64,000 bases of DNA from Limisphaerales bacterium (GCA_009773355.1 WRPG01000003.1:105628-169627); one strand, 5' to 3'. Positions 26,646 to 36,584 are shown, counted from the stretch's first letter. Made by a program: numbers and translations. Notes: generated from the sequence alone by a model not told the origin.

Positions 26646-29285
26646 TCACTTCTTCAGCGCCTTCGCCTTGGCGAGGAGGTTGAGGAACTCGGCGCGGTAG
26701 CCGTGGGTGTCGTCGCCTTTGCCTTCCTGCGCGAGTTCGAGCGCGCTGTCGAAGCTGGCGGTGCCCTTGAACGGCGAGTCCTTGAGCACCATCCCGAAGG
26801 AGGCGACGGCGCTGGCAAATTTGAAGTCCGCGCTCGCCCGCGCCAGCTTCGCGCCGCTGTCGGTCACGGGGATTTCCATCAGCGTGCTCTTGTCGCCGTC
26901 GGGGGCTTTGTAGCGGAGCTTCAACGTGAGGAGTTCGCCGCTGAAACCGAGTTCCTTCAACTTTGCCTGCAGCTTCGCACGCTGCGTGTAAAGCTCCTGC
27001 ATCTTGGGGTGCTTGGGCACGTAGGTTTTCGACGACTCGGCGATGCGTGCTTCCAACTGCGCGCGTGTCGCCGCCAACTCCTTCCACTCCGCCGAGGCCA
27101 ACAACTTTTCGCGTGCGGTGATGATACTGTCCTTGGCCGCTGGCTGGCTGGAAGTCTGATACTTCAACGGGTCCACATCCCCGCGCACCGCCACTCCCGG
27201 CGGCACCACCTCATACAACGCCGTCACCGTGTGGCCCGCGCCGATTTCGCCCGCGTCCTTGGCGTCGTTGTTGAAATCCTGCTTGGCCAGGATGCGCTTC
27301 TCGTAGCCGATGAGGCGATACGCGCTGGCCTGCGCCGGGTTGAACTCGATTTGAATCTTCACGTCCTTGGCGATGGTCACGAGCGTGGCGTTCATCTGCT
27401 CGACGAGCACCTTGTGGCCCTCCTCGACGCTGTCGAGGTAGTGGTAGTTGCCGTTGCCCTTGTCGGCGAGCTGCTGGAGCGTGGCGTCCTTGAAGTTGTC
27501 GTCGCCCACGCCCAGCGTGGTGAGGAAGACGCCGCTCTTCGCCTTCTCTTCGATGAGTTTCAGCAACTGCCCGCGGTCGGTGATGCCCACGTTGAAGTCG
27601 CCGTCCGTGCAGAGCAGCACGCGGTTCACGCCGCCCTTGATGAAGTTCGCCACCGCGAGGTCGTAGGCGCGCTGGATGCCCTCGCCGCCGTTGGTCGAGC
27701 CGCCCGCCTCCAGCCGGTCAATCGCCGCCAGGATGACCTCCTTGTTCACCGCCGAGGTGGACTCCAGCACCGTGCCGCTGCTGCTGGCATAGACCACCAT
27801 CGCCACGCGGTCGTTCTCGGTCATGCGCTTCACGAGCTGCCGCAGCGACTGCTTGATGAGCGGGAGCCGCGTGACCGGCGACATCGAGCCGCTCACGTCA
27901 ATGAGGAAGACGAAGTTGCTGGGCGGGCGCTTGTCCGCCTTCAGCTCGGGGCCCTTGAGGCCCACGCGCACCAGCCGGTGCTCCGGTGCCCACGGGCAGC
28001 CGGCGATCTCGACGTGCGCGGCGAAGGGATGCTCGCCGGTGGGCGGCGCGTAATCATAGGTGAAATAGTTGAGCAGCTCCTCGAGGCGCACGGCGTCGCG
28101 CGGCGGGAGCTGGTTCTGGTTCAGGAAGCGCCGGACGTTCGCATACGACGCGGTGTCCACGTCCGTGGAGAAGGTGGACAAAGGCTCAGTCGCGACGAGG
28201 GTGAAGGGGTTTTCAACGTAGCGCGGGTAGGCGGCGGTGGTGCGGGTGTCGGAGCCGTTTACCAGAAACAAGTTGGTCGTGTAGCTATCGGCCAATGCCA
28301 CGCCGGCGTAGAGTTGAACGGGTTTCGCCGGGGTGTCGAAGTATCCGGTCGTTACACCGCCACGGCCAGTGTAAGCCCACGCAACAGCGGGCTGACCTGG
28401 GTTTGGCACGAAGCGATACAACTCGCTGGCTCCGAGAGTAACGACGTTCTTGGCGTTGCCCGGGCTAGACGTCGAGTCTGGAACCACCTGTAAAGCCACG
28501 TTTGGTTCCACCCGAACGAAGCCTACTGCGTTGACACTGTAAATCGTAGGGTTACTTCCCAAGCCGAGGTCTGCCTTCGTGGTGTTAAGGCGGTTTCTGT
28601 CTCCGGGCACCGACAAGGCGGTGCCATTTGCACTTAGGTAGTCCATGCCGGCAACCGCCTGCCCACTTGTTGCTGAGAACTGCACGGGCACGGGACCAGT
28701 GCTTGCATTTGGCAGGATGAGGATTTTTGAACTGTTCGTGGAATGCAGTGAGATGTGGAGGTCTGAGACCGTTGGTGTCCGATTCGTGTTTGTGGTTGTC
28801 GTGACGGACAACGACTTGGCTCTGGCTGCTGACATGCTCATGTCCTCCTTTGCCATCTGCTCCGGCTGCTTCGGCAGCCAGACCTTCATCACAAAAACCC
28901 CAACCACCACCGCCGCCGCCGCCATCCCCAGCGTCCGCCAATGCCGCCACGGGAGGAAGATGACCTTGCCCTCGCCCGGCGCGTCCGACTCTGCCGAAAC
29001 TTGTGCCGGCGTTTTGTAATCGCCGCCTGCACCGTCCAGCACGCCCGAAGGCGATTGCAAATCGCCGGCACGGGTCCACGGCTCCGCGCTCACCGGGACA
29101 TTCGCCGCTGCGGTGTCGCGGGCCAGTTCTGCGGTCAGTCCGTCGCCCAGCGCGCGGATTTCCTCCACCGCGCGTCGGCATTCGGGCGAGCGGGCGAGCG
29201 CGACCTCGATGGCGGCGCGTTCTGTCGCATCGAGTTCGCCGAGGGCGTAGGCGGTCAGTTTCGGGTCGTCAGGCGTGAGGTTCAT
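26646..29285 (-). CDS. Anti-sigma factor fused to a large extracytoplasmic region with vWA domain (YfbK-like)
   Basis: The N-terminus MNLTPDDPKLTAYALGELDATERAAIEVALARSPECRRAVEE is a typical anti-sigma (zf-HC2-like) domain. One TM helix (TLGMAAAAVVVGVFVM). vWA MIDAS motif in VFLIDVSGSMS...GGSTNGGEG...LCTDGDFNVG. Confidence 0.85.
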   Translation of the reverse strand: MNLTPDDPKLTAYALGELDATERAAIEVALARSPECRRAVEEIRALGDGLTAELARDTAAANVPVSAEPWTRAGDLQSPSGVLDGAGGDYKTPAQVSAESDAPGEGKVIFLPWRHWRTLGMAAAAVVVGVFVMKVWLPKQPEQMAKEDMSMSAARAKSLSVTTTTNTNRTPTVSDLHISLHSTNSSKILILPNASTGPVPVQFSATSGQAVAGMDYLSANGTALSVPGDRNRLNTTKADLGLGSNPTIYSVNAVGFVRVEPNVALQVVPDSTSSPGNAKNVVTLGASELYRFVPNPGQPAVAWAYTGRGGVTTGYFDTPAKPVQLYAGVALADSYTTNLFLVNGSDTRTTAAYPRYVENPFTLVATEPLSTFSTDVDTASYANVRRFLNQNQLPPRDAVRLEELLNYFTYDYAPPTGEHPFAAHVEIAGCPWAPEHRLVRVGLKGPELKADKRPPSNFVFLIDVSGSMSPVTRLPLIKQSLRQLVKRMTENDRVAMVVYASSSGTVLESTSAVNKEVILAAIDRLEAGGSTNGGEGIQRAYDLAVANFIKGGVNRVLLCTDGDFNVGITDRGQLLKLIEEKAKSGVFLTTLGVGDDNFKDATLQQLADKGNGNYHYLDSVEEGHKVLVEQMNATLVTIAKDVKIQIEFNPAQASAYRLIGYEKRILAKQDFNNDAKDAGEIGAGHTVTALYEVVPPGVAVRGDVDPLKYQTSSQPAAKDSIITAREKLLASAEWKELAATRAQLEARIAESSKTYVPKHPKMQELYTQRAKLQAKLKELGFSGELLTLKLRYKAPDGDKSTLMEIPVTDSGAKLARASADFKFASAVASFGMVLKDSPFKGTASFDSALELAQEGKGDDTHGYRAEFLNLLAKAKALKK

Positions 29286-29347
29286 GGTTGCCTCTGATTT
29301 GGTTTAGCCACGGAGGAAACACGGAGGAAACACGGAGGGAGACATTT

Positions 29348-29423
29348 GCCGCGAAAGGGCGCAGAGGTCGCAAAGGAGAATTCCATGGGGAATCTCTTTG
29401 TGTCCTCTGCGCCCTTTCGCGGC
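29348..29423. repeat. REP-like palindrome, GCCGCGAAAGGGCGC family
   Basis: GCCGCGAAAGGGCGCAGAGG (29348-29367) and CCTCTGCGCCCTTTCGCGGC (29404-29423) are perfect 20-bp inverted repeats. They lie between the sigma and anti-sigma genes. Confidence 0.85.
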
Positions 29424-29460
29424 CATTCCATCCGTGTTTGGTCCGTGTTTCATCCGTGGC

Positions 29461-29979
29461 TCATTTCTCGTCGCGTTGCATTTGCTGCCGCAGGGTTTTG
29501 AGCGCCGTGTGCAGGAGGAAGCCGACGTTGCTGACCGAGTGGCCGGTCACGCGGCTGATCTCCGCGTAGCTCAGGCCGGCCTGAAACTTCAGGCGCACGA
29601 CCTCGCGCTGGTTTTCCGGCAGCGCGTCCAGCAGGCGCAACGCGCGTCCGGCGGTCTCGCCCGCCTCGGCCTGCGCGTCCGGCGCGGGGCCGGCGGCGGG
29701 GCGCGTGTCCAGGTCCACTTCAGTCAACGCAGTCATGCGGCGTTCCTTCCGATGCACGTCCAGCGCGCGATGGCGGCAGACGGTGAAGAGCCACTCGACC
29801 AGACAGCCGTTGAGCCGGGCGGGGTCTTCCCGCCAGAGGCGCAGGAAGACATCCTGCACCACGTCCCGGGCGCGGTCCGCGTCGCCGACGATGCTGGCGG
29901 CGTAGCGGGACAAGGCGGGGGCGTGCCGCGTGTGGGCGGCGTGCCACCAGTCCGCATTGTCAGCACCCGGTTCGTTCAT
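29461..29979 (-). CDS. ECF-type RNA polymerase sigma-70 factor (172 aa from ATG 29979)
   Basis: Region 2 (RDVVQDVFLRLWRE) and region 4 (LPENQREVVRLKFQAGLSYAEISRVTG.SVSNV). Located upstream of the anti-sigma gene. Confidence 0.88.
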   Translation of the reverse strand: MNEPGADNADWWHAAHTRHAPALSRYAASIVGDADRARDVVQDVFLRLWREDPARLNGCLVEWLFTVCRHRALDVHRKERRMTALTEVDLDTRPAAGPAPDAQAEAGETAGRALRLLDALPENQREVVRLKFQAGLSYAEISRVTGHSVSNVGFLLHTALKTLRQQMQRDEK

Positions 29980-30060
29980 GAGTCCGACTGGGTCGGGCCT
30001 TCGAGGGAGATAACGTGTGGGCGCGGGAATCCTTAGAAGAAAAGTGGGGCGAAGGCGAGC

Positions 30061-30155
30061 CTCACGCAAAGGGCGCGAAGGGCGCAAAGAAGCGCCGCTC
30101 AACGCGCGACTCGCCCGTCAGTCCGCCTTCGCGGCCTTCGCGGCCTTTGCGTGAG
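30061..30155. repeat. REP-like imperfect palindrome (CTCACGCAAAGGGCGCGAAGGGCGC ... GCGGCCTTCGCGGCCTTTGCGTGAG)
   Basis: Read directly. The arms are near reverse complements and are related to the GCGAAAGGGCGC family. Confidence 0.7.
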
Positions 30156-30170
30156 GTCACTCCCCGCGTT

Positions 30171-30458
30171 TCAAAGCTGGCCGGGCGGCGGCTCGTCCCG
30201 CACCGCGTGGCGTTTGCGGATGAGATATGCGACTAACGAACTCAGCCCGGAGAACTTGAAGCCGGGGTCCACGTAGCGCTCCAGCACGTAGAAGGCAAAG
30301 TAGTAGGCGCGGCAGAACGACCACACGGCCAGCGCCAGCAGCAGCGCGACCTTGAGCGACGGCGCTTCGAGGAAGACCAGCACGACGGACGCGATGCCGA
30401 GGAGCAGGAACAGCCAGCCTTTCAGCCAGATGAGCTTGGAGCTTTGCAGGTCGCGCAT
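30171..30458 (-). CDS. Small membrane protein (95 aa from ATG 30458)
   Basis: Two predicted TM helices (WLKGWLFLLLGIASVVLVFL, VALLLALAVWSFC). The track ORF extends to 30515 from a TTG inside a repeat. Confidence 0.55.
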   Translation of the reverse strand: MRDLQSSKLIWLKGWLFLLLGIASVVLVFLEAPSLKVALLLALAVWSFCRAYYFAFYVLERYVDPGFKFSGLSSLVAYLIRKRHAVRDEPPPGQL

Positions 30459-30559
30459 ATCCGGTAGCAGCCGACGTGAGGAGGCTCCATTCAAACGCGG
30501 AAACGCGGAAGCCAAAACGCGGAGACAAATCAGAGCCTCCTTACGTCGGCTGCTACACG

Positions 30560-32635
30560 TCAGTTCAAGCTCCAGCTCACGTCGGTGGACTTGAGGCGCA
30601 CGCTGTCAGGCAGCTTCGCGCCGTCGAGGCGGAGGACGACCGTGTGTGTGCCGGCGGGGAATTGGTTCGCGAGCTTCGTGAGCTTTTGGCCGTTCACCCA
30701 CAACTCGGGCTTGGCGACTCCATCCACGGCGAGGGTGACTTGTCCCGGCTTGGCCAGCGTGAAGGTCGTCGCCGCAAACACGCTCGTGACCGTGACGTGT
30801 TTGGGCACCTCGGCCAGCGGGCCGAAGTCGGTCTTGGACAACGCGCCGTTCACCAGCGAGGTCAGCGGCTTCCAGGTGTGCTCGCCGATGCCGCTTTCCA
30901 TCGCGGTCCACTTGGCGGTGAAGTCGCCCTTCGTGATTTTGTCCCAGCCGCCCTGGTCCATGCGGTGCGTCACGGGCAGCACGCGCCAGACGCGGGCGAC
31001 GCCGCCCTTGCTGGCATCGTAATCGCCGGGCTTGCCGAGGCGGGTGAGGAAGGCGACGAGGTCGTTGCGGTCGGACTCGGGGAGCGTGTCGAGCAGGCCG
31101 GTGGGCATGAGCGACTGCGAGGCGTTGGCGCGCTTGCGGATGTTGGACTTCGCCACGCTGACCTCCTGGTTCTGCGCGTTGCGGAGGATGACTTCCTGGC
31201 CGGTCTCGCGCACGAGGATGCCGCTGTATTCAAGGTCGTCCTTGGTCTCGACGTTGATGCCGTGGAAGCCTTCCTTGATCTTCGCGTTGGGCAGCAGCAC
31301 GGACTCGACGAGGTAATCCGCCGGGGCCGCCGCGCCGAGGCTGGTCATGTCCGGCCCGACCTTGCCGCCGACGCCGCCGATGCTGTGACAGAGCACGCAG
31401 CCGAGTTCCGCCCGGCGATAGACGCGCTCGCCGCGCGCGGGGTCGCCGGCCTTCAAGGCGAGGTCGGCCAGTTCCTTGAGCTTCGCGGGCGTGAGCTTGT
31501 CGGGCGAAAGCGCGGTGATGTTCGCGAGCTTGGTGAGCGAGGCGACGAGCGTGGGGTCTGGCTGCGCGCCTTCGCGGGCGGCGCGGAGGCCGGAGCTGGC
31601 GACGTGCGGGGGCAGCGCGGTCCGGCTGCCGACCTTCTCGCCGAACTGCTTGGCCGCGCCCTTCGTGGCGAGCACGCCGCGCCAGAGGTCGAGCGCCTCG
31701 GCCTCGGTCTTCGTCTCGGCCAGTTCGTCGAGCGCGAGGTCGGCGAACCGCGCGGGCTGGAGCGACGCCAGCGTGACGGCGGCGGCGCGGCGGATGGAGG
31801 CGGGCGAAGTCTTCGCGGCCAGCGGTTGCAGCGCGCCCAGCACGGGACCAATCGCGCCCAGCTCGCGGAACGCGGCGAAGACCGCCGTGCGGACTTCGGG
31901 CGGCGTGCGCTCGTCGCCGGCCAGCTTCACCATCTCGGCGAAGGCCGCGCCGGGATTCTTCCACGCGCCCATCAGGTTGATGGCCGCGACGCGCTGGGGG
32001 TAAGTCGCGTAGTAGAAGAACCCGGCGGCGCGCGCGCCATCGCCGGCGGGCTTCAGATTGCGCAGGCGCGCCGCGGAGGTGAGCGCGTTCAGCGCGCGGA
32101 CGAGCGCGGCGTCGGTGAAATCGCGCTTCACGACCTGCTCCCAAAGGCGGTTGATTTCCGCCGGACCACCGGCGGCGCCGATGAGTTCAATCCACGGGCC
32201 GGAGCCGTCCTTGGTGAGCGGCTTGGCGGCGAGAATCTTCGCCACGCTCTTCGCGGCCAGCTCCGGTTCGAGCGCCTTCATGGCGAACTCAAGCTGGCGC
32301 TGCTTCGCGGGCGAGTCAGGCATCCACGCGCCGGACTCCAGCGCGGCGAGGAAGGGCTGCGCGAGGTCGTTGATGGAGAGCCAGACCGCGTAATCAAGGA
32401 ACGGGTCGGAGCCGATGCCGTCCACGGCGGAGAGCACCAGCGCGGCGGACTCGGCGGAAGGAATCCTGGCGAGCGCGCGCACGGCCTCGACGCGCACGCG
32501 CGGGTGGGGATCGGCGACGAGCCGGGCGAGCGAGTTCTGCTGCGCGGGCGCGGGTGCGGCGGCGGGGAGGAGCGGGGCAAAAGCGACGACGAGCGCGCCG
32601 GCGAAACGGCGGACGACAGGGGCGAAATCAGGCAT
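30560..32635 (-). CDS. HEAT-repeat / c-type cytochrome (PVC-type heme-binding) protein, 691 aa from ATG 32635
   Basis: Signal peptide MPDFAPVVRRFAGALVVAFAPLLPAAAPAPA, HEAT-like repeats (PHPRVRVEAVRALARI), and a CxxCH heme site (CVLCHSIGGVGGKVGPDMTSLG). The track ORF (to 33805) is over-extended across the opposite-strand regulator. Confidence 0.85.
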   Translation of the reverse strand: MPDFAPVVRRFAGALVVAFAPLLPAAAPAPAQQNSLARLVADPHPRVRVEAVRALARIPSAESAALVLSAVDGIGSDPFLDYAVWLSINDLAQPFLAALESGAWMPDSPAKQRQLEFAMKALEPELAAKSVAKILAAKPLTKDGSGPWIELIGAAGGPAEINRLWEQVVKRDFTDAALVRALNALTSAARLRNLKPAGDGARAAGFFYYATYPQRVAAINLMGAWKNPGAAFAEMVKLAGDERTPPEVRTAVFAAFRELGAIGPVLGALQPLAAKTSPASIRRAAAVTLASLQPARFADLALDELAETKTEAEALDLWRGVLATKGAAKQFGEKVGSRTALPPHVASSGLRAAREGAQPDPTLVASLTKLANITALSPDKLTPAKLKELADLALKAGDPARGERVYRRAELGCVLCHSIGGVGGKVGPDMTSLGAAAPADYLVESVLLPNAKIKEGFHGINVETKDDLEYSGILVRETGQEVILRNAQNQEVSVAKSNIRKRANASQSLMPTGLLDTLPESDRNDLVAFLTRLGKPGDYDASKGGVARVWRVLPVTHRMDQGGWDKITKGDFTAKWTAMESGIGEHTWKPLTSLVNGALSKTDFGPLAEVPKHVTVTSVFAATTFTLAKPGQVTLAVDGVAKPELWVNGQKLTKLANQFPAGTHTVVLRLDGAKLPDSVRLKSTDVSWSLN

Positions 32636-32755
32636 GGCGTCGTTGTAGAAGGTCGGGAAGGGAATGTCAGCCCCCTTCTCGCTGCGGTCGGGCCGGGGGG
32701 CATGGGCCCGCCTTACGAGTGGCACGCGACGGCGTGCCGGTGCTAGGCTGAGCCC

Positions 32756-33904
32756 GTGACCCGGCAGAAAAACGTCCTGCTGGTGCTCGGCTGGTATGAC
32801 CACCGGCTGCATCAGGGCATCGCCGAATACGCGCAGGAGCACGGCTGGCACCTCACCGCGAACCTCGCCCGTGAGCGCGTCATCCCGTGGGGCTGGAAGG
32901 GCGACGGTGTCCTTGCGTGGCTTGGCGCGGGCGAGGATTTGGTGGAGTTCGTCGCGTCGGTCGGCAAGCCCACGGTGGACTTCAGCCTGCGCCGCCCGAA
33001 CCTGCCCTTCGCGCGTGTGCTGCAGGACCACGCGCACGCGGCCCGGCTGGTGGCGGAGCACTTCCTTGCACGGGGCTTCAAGCACTACCTCTTTTACAGC
33101 GACACGGACAACTGGTCCTACGAGGAGCGCGGGCGCGGGTTTGTCACCGCATTGAAGCGGTCCGGCCACGAGTGCGCCTGGATCAAGTGGCACGAGTCCA
33201 AGGTCCACCACAGCCGCCGCGAAGAGTGGTCCAAGCGCCGCGCGTGGCTGACCGCGCAGATGAGGCACGCACCGAAACCCCTGGCTGTGTTTGCCGCCAA
33301 CGACCAGCTCGCGGTGGACGTGCTCGAGGCGAGCGAGCAGTCCGGCCTCGCCGTGCCGGAGCAGGTCGCCATCGTCGGCGCGGAGAACTACCTGCTCGCC
33401 GTGGACGCGATGCGCACGCCGATTTCCAGCGTGGACACGAACCTCGAGGAGCAGGGCTACGAGGGCGCGGCGTTGCTGGACCGGCTCATGCGCGGCGCCC
33501 GCCCGCCGCGCCAGCCGGTGCGCGTGCCCGCCGCGCGGGTGGTCACCCGCAAGAGCAGCGACATCCTCGCCGTCGCCCACCCGTCCGTGGCGCGCGGGCT
33601 GCGCTTCATCTGGGAGCATTTCCGCGAGGCCATCGGCATTGACGATGTGGCCCGCGCGGCGGCGCTCTCGCGGCGCGGCCTGCACCAGGCGTTCCTCGAA
33701 CATCTCGACCGCACGCCCGGCGAGGAGCTGCGCTCCCGGCGCGTGGAGCACGCCAAGAAGCTGCTGGCCGAGACCGACGAGAAGGTCGAGGTCGTCGCGC
33801 GGCAAAGCGGCTACCAGAGCGCGAACAGCTTCTGCGTCGCCTTCAGGAAGAGCGAACGCCAGTCGCCCGTCGCCTACCGCCGGTCAGTGCGTCCGGGCCT
33901 CTGA
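32756..33904 (+). CDS. XylR-type transcriptional regulator (periplasmic-binding-protein-like sensor + AraC HTH)
   Basis: 382 aa. N-terminal LacI/PBP-like fold pattern and C-terminal AraC-type HTH ([21 protein letters not shown]...[15 protein letters not shown]). GTG start. Confidence 0.82.
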   Translation: MTRQKNVLLVLGWYDHRLHQGIAEYAQEHGWHLTANLARERVIPWGWKGDGVLAWLGAGEDLVEFVASVGKPTVDFSLRRPNLPFARVLQDHAHAARLVAEHFLARGFKHYLFYSDTDNWSYEERGRGFVTALKRSGHECAWIKWHESKVHHSRREEWSKRRAWLTAQMRHAPKPLAVFAANDQLAVDVLEASEQSGLAVPEQVAIVGAENYLLAVDAMRTPISSVDTNLEEQGYEGAALLDRLMRGARPPRQPVRVPAARVVTRKSSDILAVAHPSVARGLRFIWEHFREAIGIDDVARAAALSRRGLHQAFLEHLDRTPGEELRSRRVEHAKKLLAETDEKVEVVARQSGYQSANSFCVAFRKSERQSPVAYRRSVRPGL

Positions 33905-33983
33905 CCCGCGGGGGGAGCGGCGGGTTGCACAATTTTCAAACGATTGTGCAGAAAGGAGTGATTCTCCGGCCGGCGGGCGGGCT

Positions 33984-34835
33984 ATGGTGCGTCCGTTACC
34001 AACAGCGAATGCTGCCATGAACATGCCCGTCCTTGCGCGCCGCACCGTCCGTCGTCCCGGCTTCACGCTGATCGAACTGCTCGTCGTCATCGCGATCATC
34101 GCGATTCTCGCGGGCATGCTGCTGCCGGCGCTGTCCAAGGCGAAGGCCAAGGGACTGGGCATCGCCTGCCTGAACAACTCCAAGCAGCTCCAGCTCGCGT
34201 GGATTCTCTATCACGAGGACAACGACGGGCGCATCGTGCCCAACACCGGCGGCACGCAGCCCATCACGGCCACCAACCAGTTTTGGAATGTGTTGAGCGT
34301 GGATCCCGACAGCCCGGCCATCGTCGCCGCCGGCCATCCGACCAACACGGCCTTGTTCATGAACGCGCTGCTGGGCCGCTACGCCGGCAGCCCGAAGGTG
34401 TTCACCTGCCCGGGAGACAAGTTCATGGTGCCCGGTCTCAACCAGCCGCTGGTCCGGCACGTCTCCATGAACCGCTGGATGAGCGGCAGCAAGACGCCGG
34501 CCGCCACGACACCCTTTGTCCTCTATCGCCGGGTGATGGAGATGCGCCAGCCGACCAGCCTGTTTGTCTTCATCCACGAGGCCGCCTCGAGCATTGACGA
34601 CAGCCTCTTTTCCGTGGGCATGGCGGACACCAACACGTGGACCAGCGTCAACAGCCCCGCGGCCGTCCACAACGCTTCGACCACGCTTGGCTTTGCCGAC
34701 GGCCATTCCGAGAGCCATCGCTGGCAGAATACGCGCAAGAACTCAGCGACCCAAGGCCAGGAGGAAGTCAACCGCGTGGCTGGAATCTCCCAAGATGCCG
34801 TGTGGCTCAAGGCCCGCACGACCGAACCCGAGTAG
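33984..34835 (+). CDS. Prepilin-type N-terminal cleavage/methylation domain protein (DUF1559-like); start 33984 or 34017
   Basis: [29 protein letters not shown] motif. The upstream part of the track ORF (from 33291) overlaps the regulator and is rejected. Confidence 0.85.
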   Translation: MVRPLPTANAAMNMPVLARRTVRRPGFTLIELLVVIAIIAILAGMLLPALSKAKAKGLGIACLNNSKQLQLAWILYHEDNDGRIVPNTGGTQPITATNQFWNVLSVDPDSPAIVAAGHPTNTALFMNALLGRYAGSPKVFTCPGDKFMVPGLNQPLVRHVSMNRWMSGSKTPAATTPFVLYRRVMEMRQPTSLFVFIHEAASSIDDSLFSVGMADTNTWTSVNSPAAVHNASTTLGFADGHSESHRWQNTRKNSATQGQEEVNRVAGISQDAVWLKARTTEPE

Positions 34836-34855
34836 CTCCCAACCCCAACCAAACC

Positions 34856-34892
34856 ACCCGGCGGCGCTCTCGCAGCGCCGCCGGGCTTCTTT
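34856..34892 (+). terminator. Rho-independent terminator-like hairpin
   Basis: CCCGGCGGCGCT-CTCGC-AGCGCCGCCGGG followed by CTTCTTTC. It starts 20 nt after the stop at 34835. Confidence 0.6.
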
Positions 34893-34900
34893 CACCCGCG

Positions 34901-36472
34901 ATGCGCCGACCATCCAACTCGACCCCGTTCATCGCGTGCTGCGCGTCGCTGCTGCTCGCCGCTGCGGGTGCCGCAGCGCCCGCCACCGGCCCGCTCGACA
35001 TCCAAAGCTTCGGCGCGGTGCCGGACGGGAAAACCAAATGCACCGAGGCGTTCCGCTCCGCCATCCACACGGCGAGTGCGCAGGGCGGCGGCACGGTGCG
35101 CGTGCCGGCGGGCACGTTTCTCACCGGGCCGATTCACCTTCTGAGCAACACCACACTCGACCTCGATGCCGGCGCGGTCGTGAAGTTCAGCACCGACTTT
35201 GATGACTACCTGCCGATGGTGCCGTCGCGCTGGGAGGGCATCGAGGTCACGAACTTCTCCCCGCTCATCTACGCGCTCCACGCCACGAACATCGCCATCC
35301 GCGGGCGCGGCGTGCTCGACGGGCAGGGCCGGCCGTGGTGGAACCAGTGGTTCAAGGTCAAGGGCGCGGCCAAGGACGCGCCGCGCACAAAGTGGGAGGA
35401 GGAATTTCTCCGCCGCAATGCCAGCGGCGTGCAGGTCAGCGGCAACAAGTGGCTGCCCGGCGCGTTCCTGCGCCCGCCGTTCCTCCAGCCCTACGGCTGC
35501 ACCAACGTCCTCATCGAGGGCGTGACCATCGTGGACTCACCGTTCTGGACGCTCACCCCGGTCTATTGCGACAACGTCGTCATTCACGCCGTCACCATCC
35601 GCAACCCCGAGGCCGGCCCGAACACCGACGGCATCAACCCCGATTCCTGCCGCAACGTGCGCATCTCCAACTGCGACATCAGCGTGGGCGACGACTGCAT
35701 CACGCTCAAGTCCGGCCGCAACGACGACGGCCGCCGCGTGGGCCGGCCGCTGGAGAACGTGAGCATCCTCAACTGCGTTTTCGCGCACGGGCACGGCGGC
35801 GTGGTCATCGGCAGCGAGATGTCCGGCGGCGTGCGCAACATCACCATCGCCAACTGCGTTTTCGACGGCACCGAGCGCGGCATCCGCCTCAAGTCCGCGC
35901 GCGGTCGCGGCGGCGTGGTCGAGGATTTGCGCGTGAGCAACCTCGTCATGCGCGGCATCCGCCGCGAGGCGCTGCTGGTCACGACCTTCTACGAGAAGAG
36001 CGACCCCGAGCCGTTCTCCGAGCGCACGCCGACGTTCCGCAACCTCCGCTTCAACGCCATCACCGGCGACGCGAAGGTCGCGGGCGAGTTCACCGGCCTC
36101 GTCGAGCAGCCGCTCGAAGGCATCTCGCTCACCGACGTGCAGCTCGACGCGGAGACGGGCTTCAAGCTGACGGACGTGCGGCTAGCCGGCTTCCACCACG
36201 TCACCGTGAACGTGAAGAAAGGCCCCGCCCTCCTCGCGGACAAAACGACCGGTCTGGAGTTGAGCGGCTTCAAGTCACTCCACCCGCTGCCCAAGACGCC
36301 GGTGGTGGATTTGCGCGACGTGCGGCAGGTCTTCCTTCACGGCTGCATCGCCGCGCCGGACACGCACATCTTCGTCCGCGTGCAGGAGATGTTCGCCGAT
36401 GAACTCGTGCTGGGCGCGAACAACTTCAAGACGGCGGCGCAGGCCGTGGTGCGAACGAAGGAGGCGAAGTGA
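34901..36472 (+). CDS. Glycoside hydrolase family 28 (polygalacturonase-like), 523 aa from ATG 34901
   Basis: Signal peptide plus GH28 signatures (NTDGINPDSC, VGDDCITLKSG, GHGGVVIGSE, RGIRLKS). Confidence 0.9.
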   Translation: MRRPSNSTPFIACCASLLLAAAGAAAPATGPLDIQSFGAVPDGKTKCTEAFRSAIHTASAQGGGTVRVPAGTFLTGPIHLLSNTTLDLDAGAVVKFSTDFDDYLPMVPSRWEGIEVTNFSPLIYALHATNIAIRGRGVLDGQGRPWWNQWFKVKGAAKDAPRTKWEEEFLRRNASGVQVSGNKWLPGAFLRPPFLQPYGCTNVLIEGVTIVDSPFWTLTPVYCDNVVIHAVTIRNPEAGPNTDGINPDSCRNVRISNCDISVGDDCITLKSGRNDDGRRVGRPLENVSILNCVFAHGHGGVVIGSEMSGGVRNITIANCVFDGTERGIRLKSARGRGGVVEDLRVSNLVMRGIRREALLVTTFYEKSDPEPFSERTPTFRNLRFNAITGDAKVAGEFTGLVEQPLEGISLTDVQLDAETGFKLTDVRLAGFHHVTVNVKKGPALLADKTTGLELSGFKSLHPLPKTPVVDLRDVRQVFLHGCIAAPDTHIFVRVQEMFADELVLGANNFKTAAQAVVRTKEAK

Positions 36473-36584
36473 GAGCGGTGGCTTCAGCACCGCTCTTTCC
36501 CGCTGCCCCCGCCTCATCACCAGACGATCGCGCCACAACTGACTTGCGCCGTTGGGCGCTTCCCATCTTCCACCTCAACTGAGC

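Noticed and set aside
30488-30530. AAACGCGG-type short repeats as another 7-nt periodic element
   Set aside because: The spacing is 8 nt and irregular, and it probably belongs to a different small repeat. Not enough to call.
32636-33805. N-terminal 390 codons of track ORF 30560..33805 (-)
   Set aside because: This part is antisense to the well-supported XylR-type regulator. A signal-peptide-bearing start at ATG 32635 gives a normal HEAT/cytochrome c protein.
33291-33983. Upstream part of track ORF 33291..34835 (+)
   Set aside because: It overlaps the regulator gene in another frame with an Arg/Pro-rich translation. The prepilin-type leader begins at 33984/34017.
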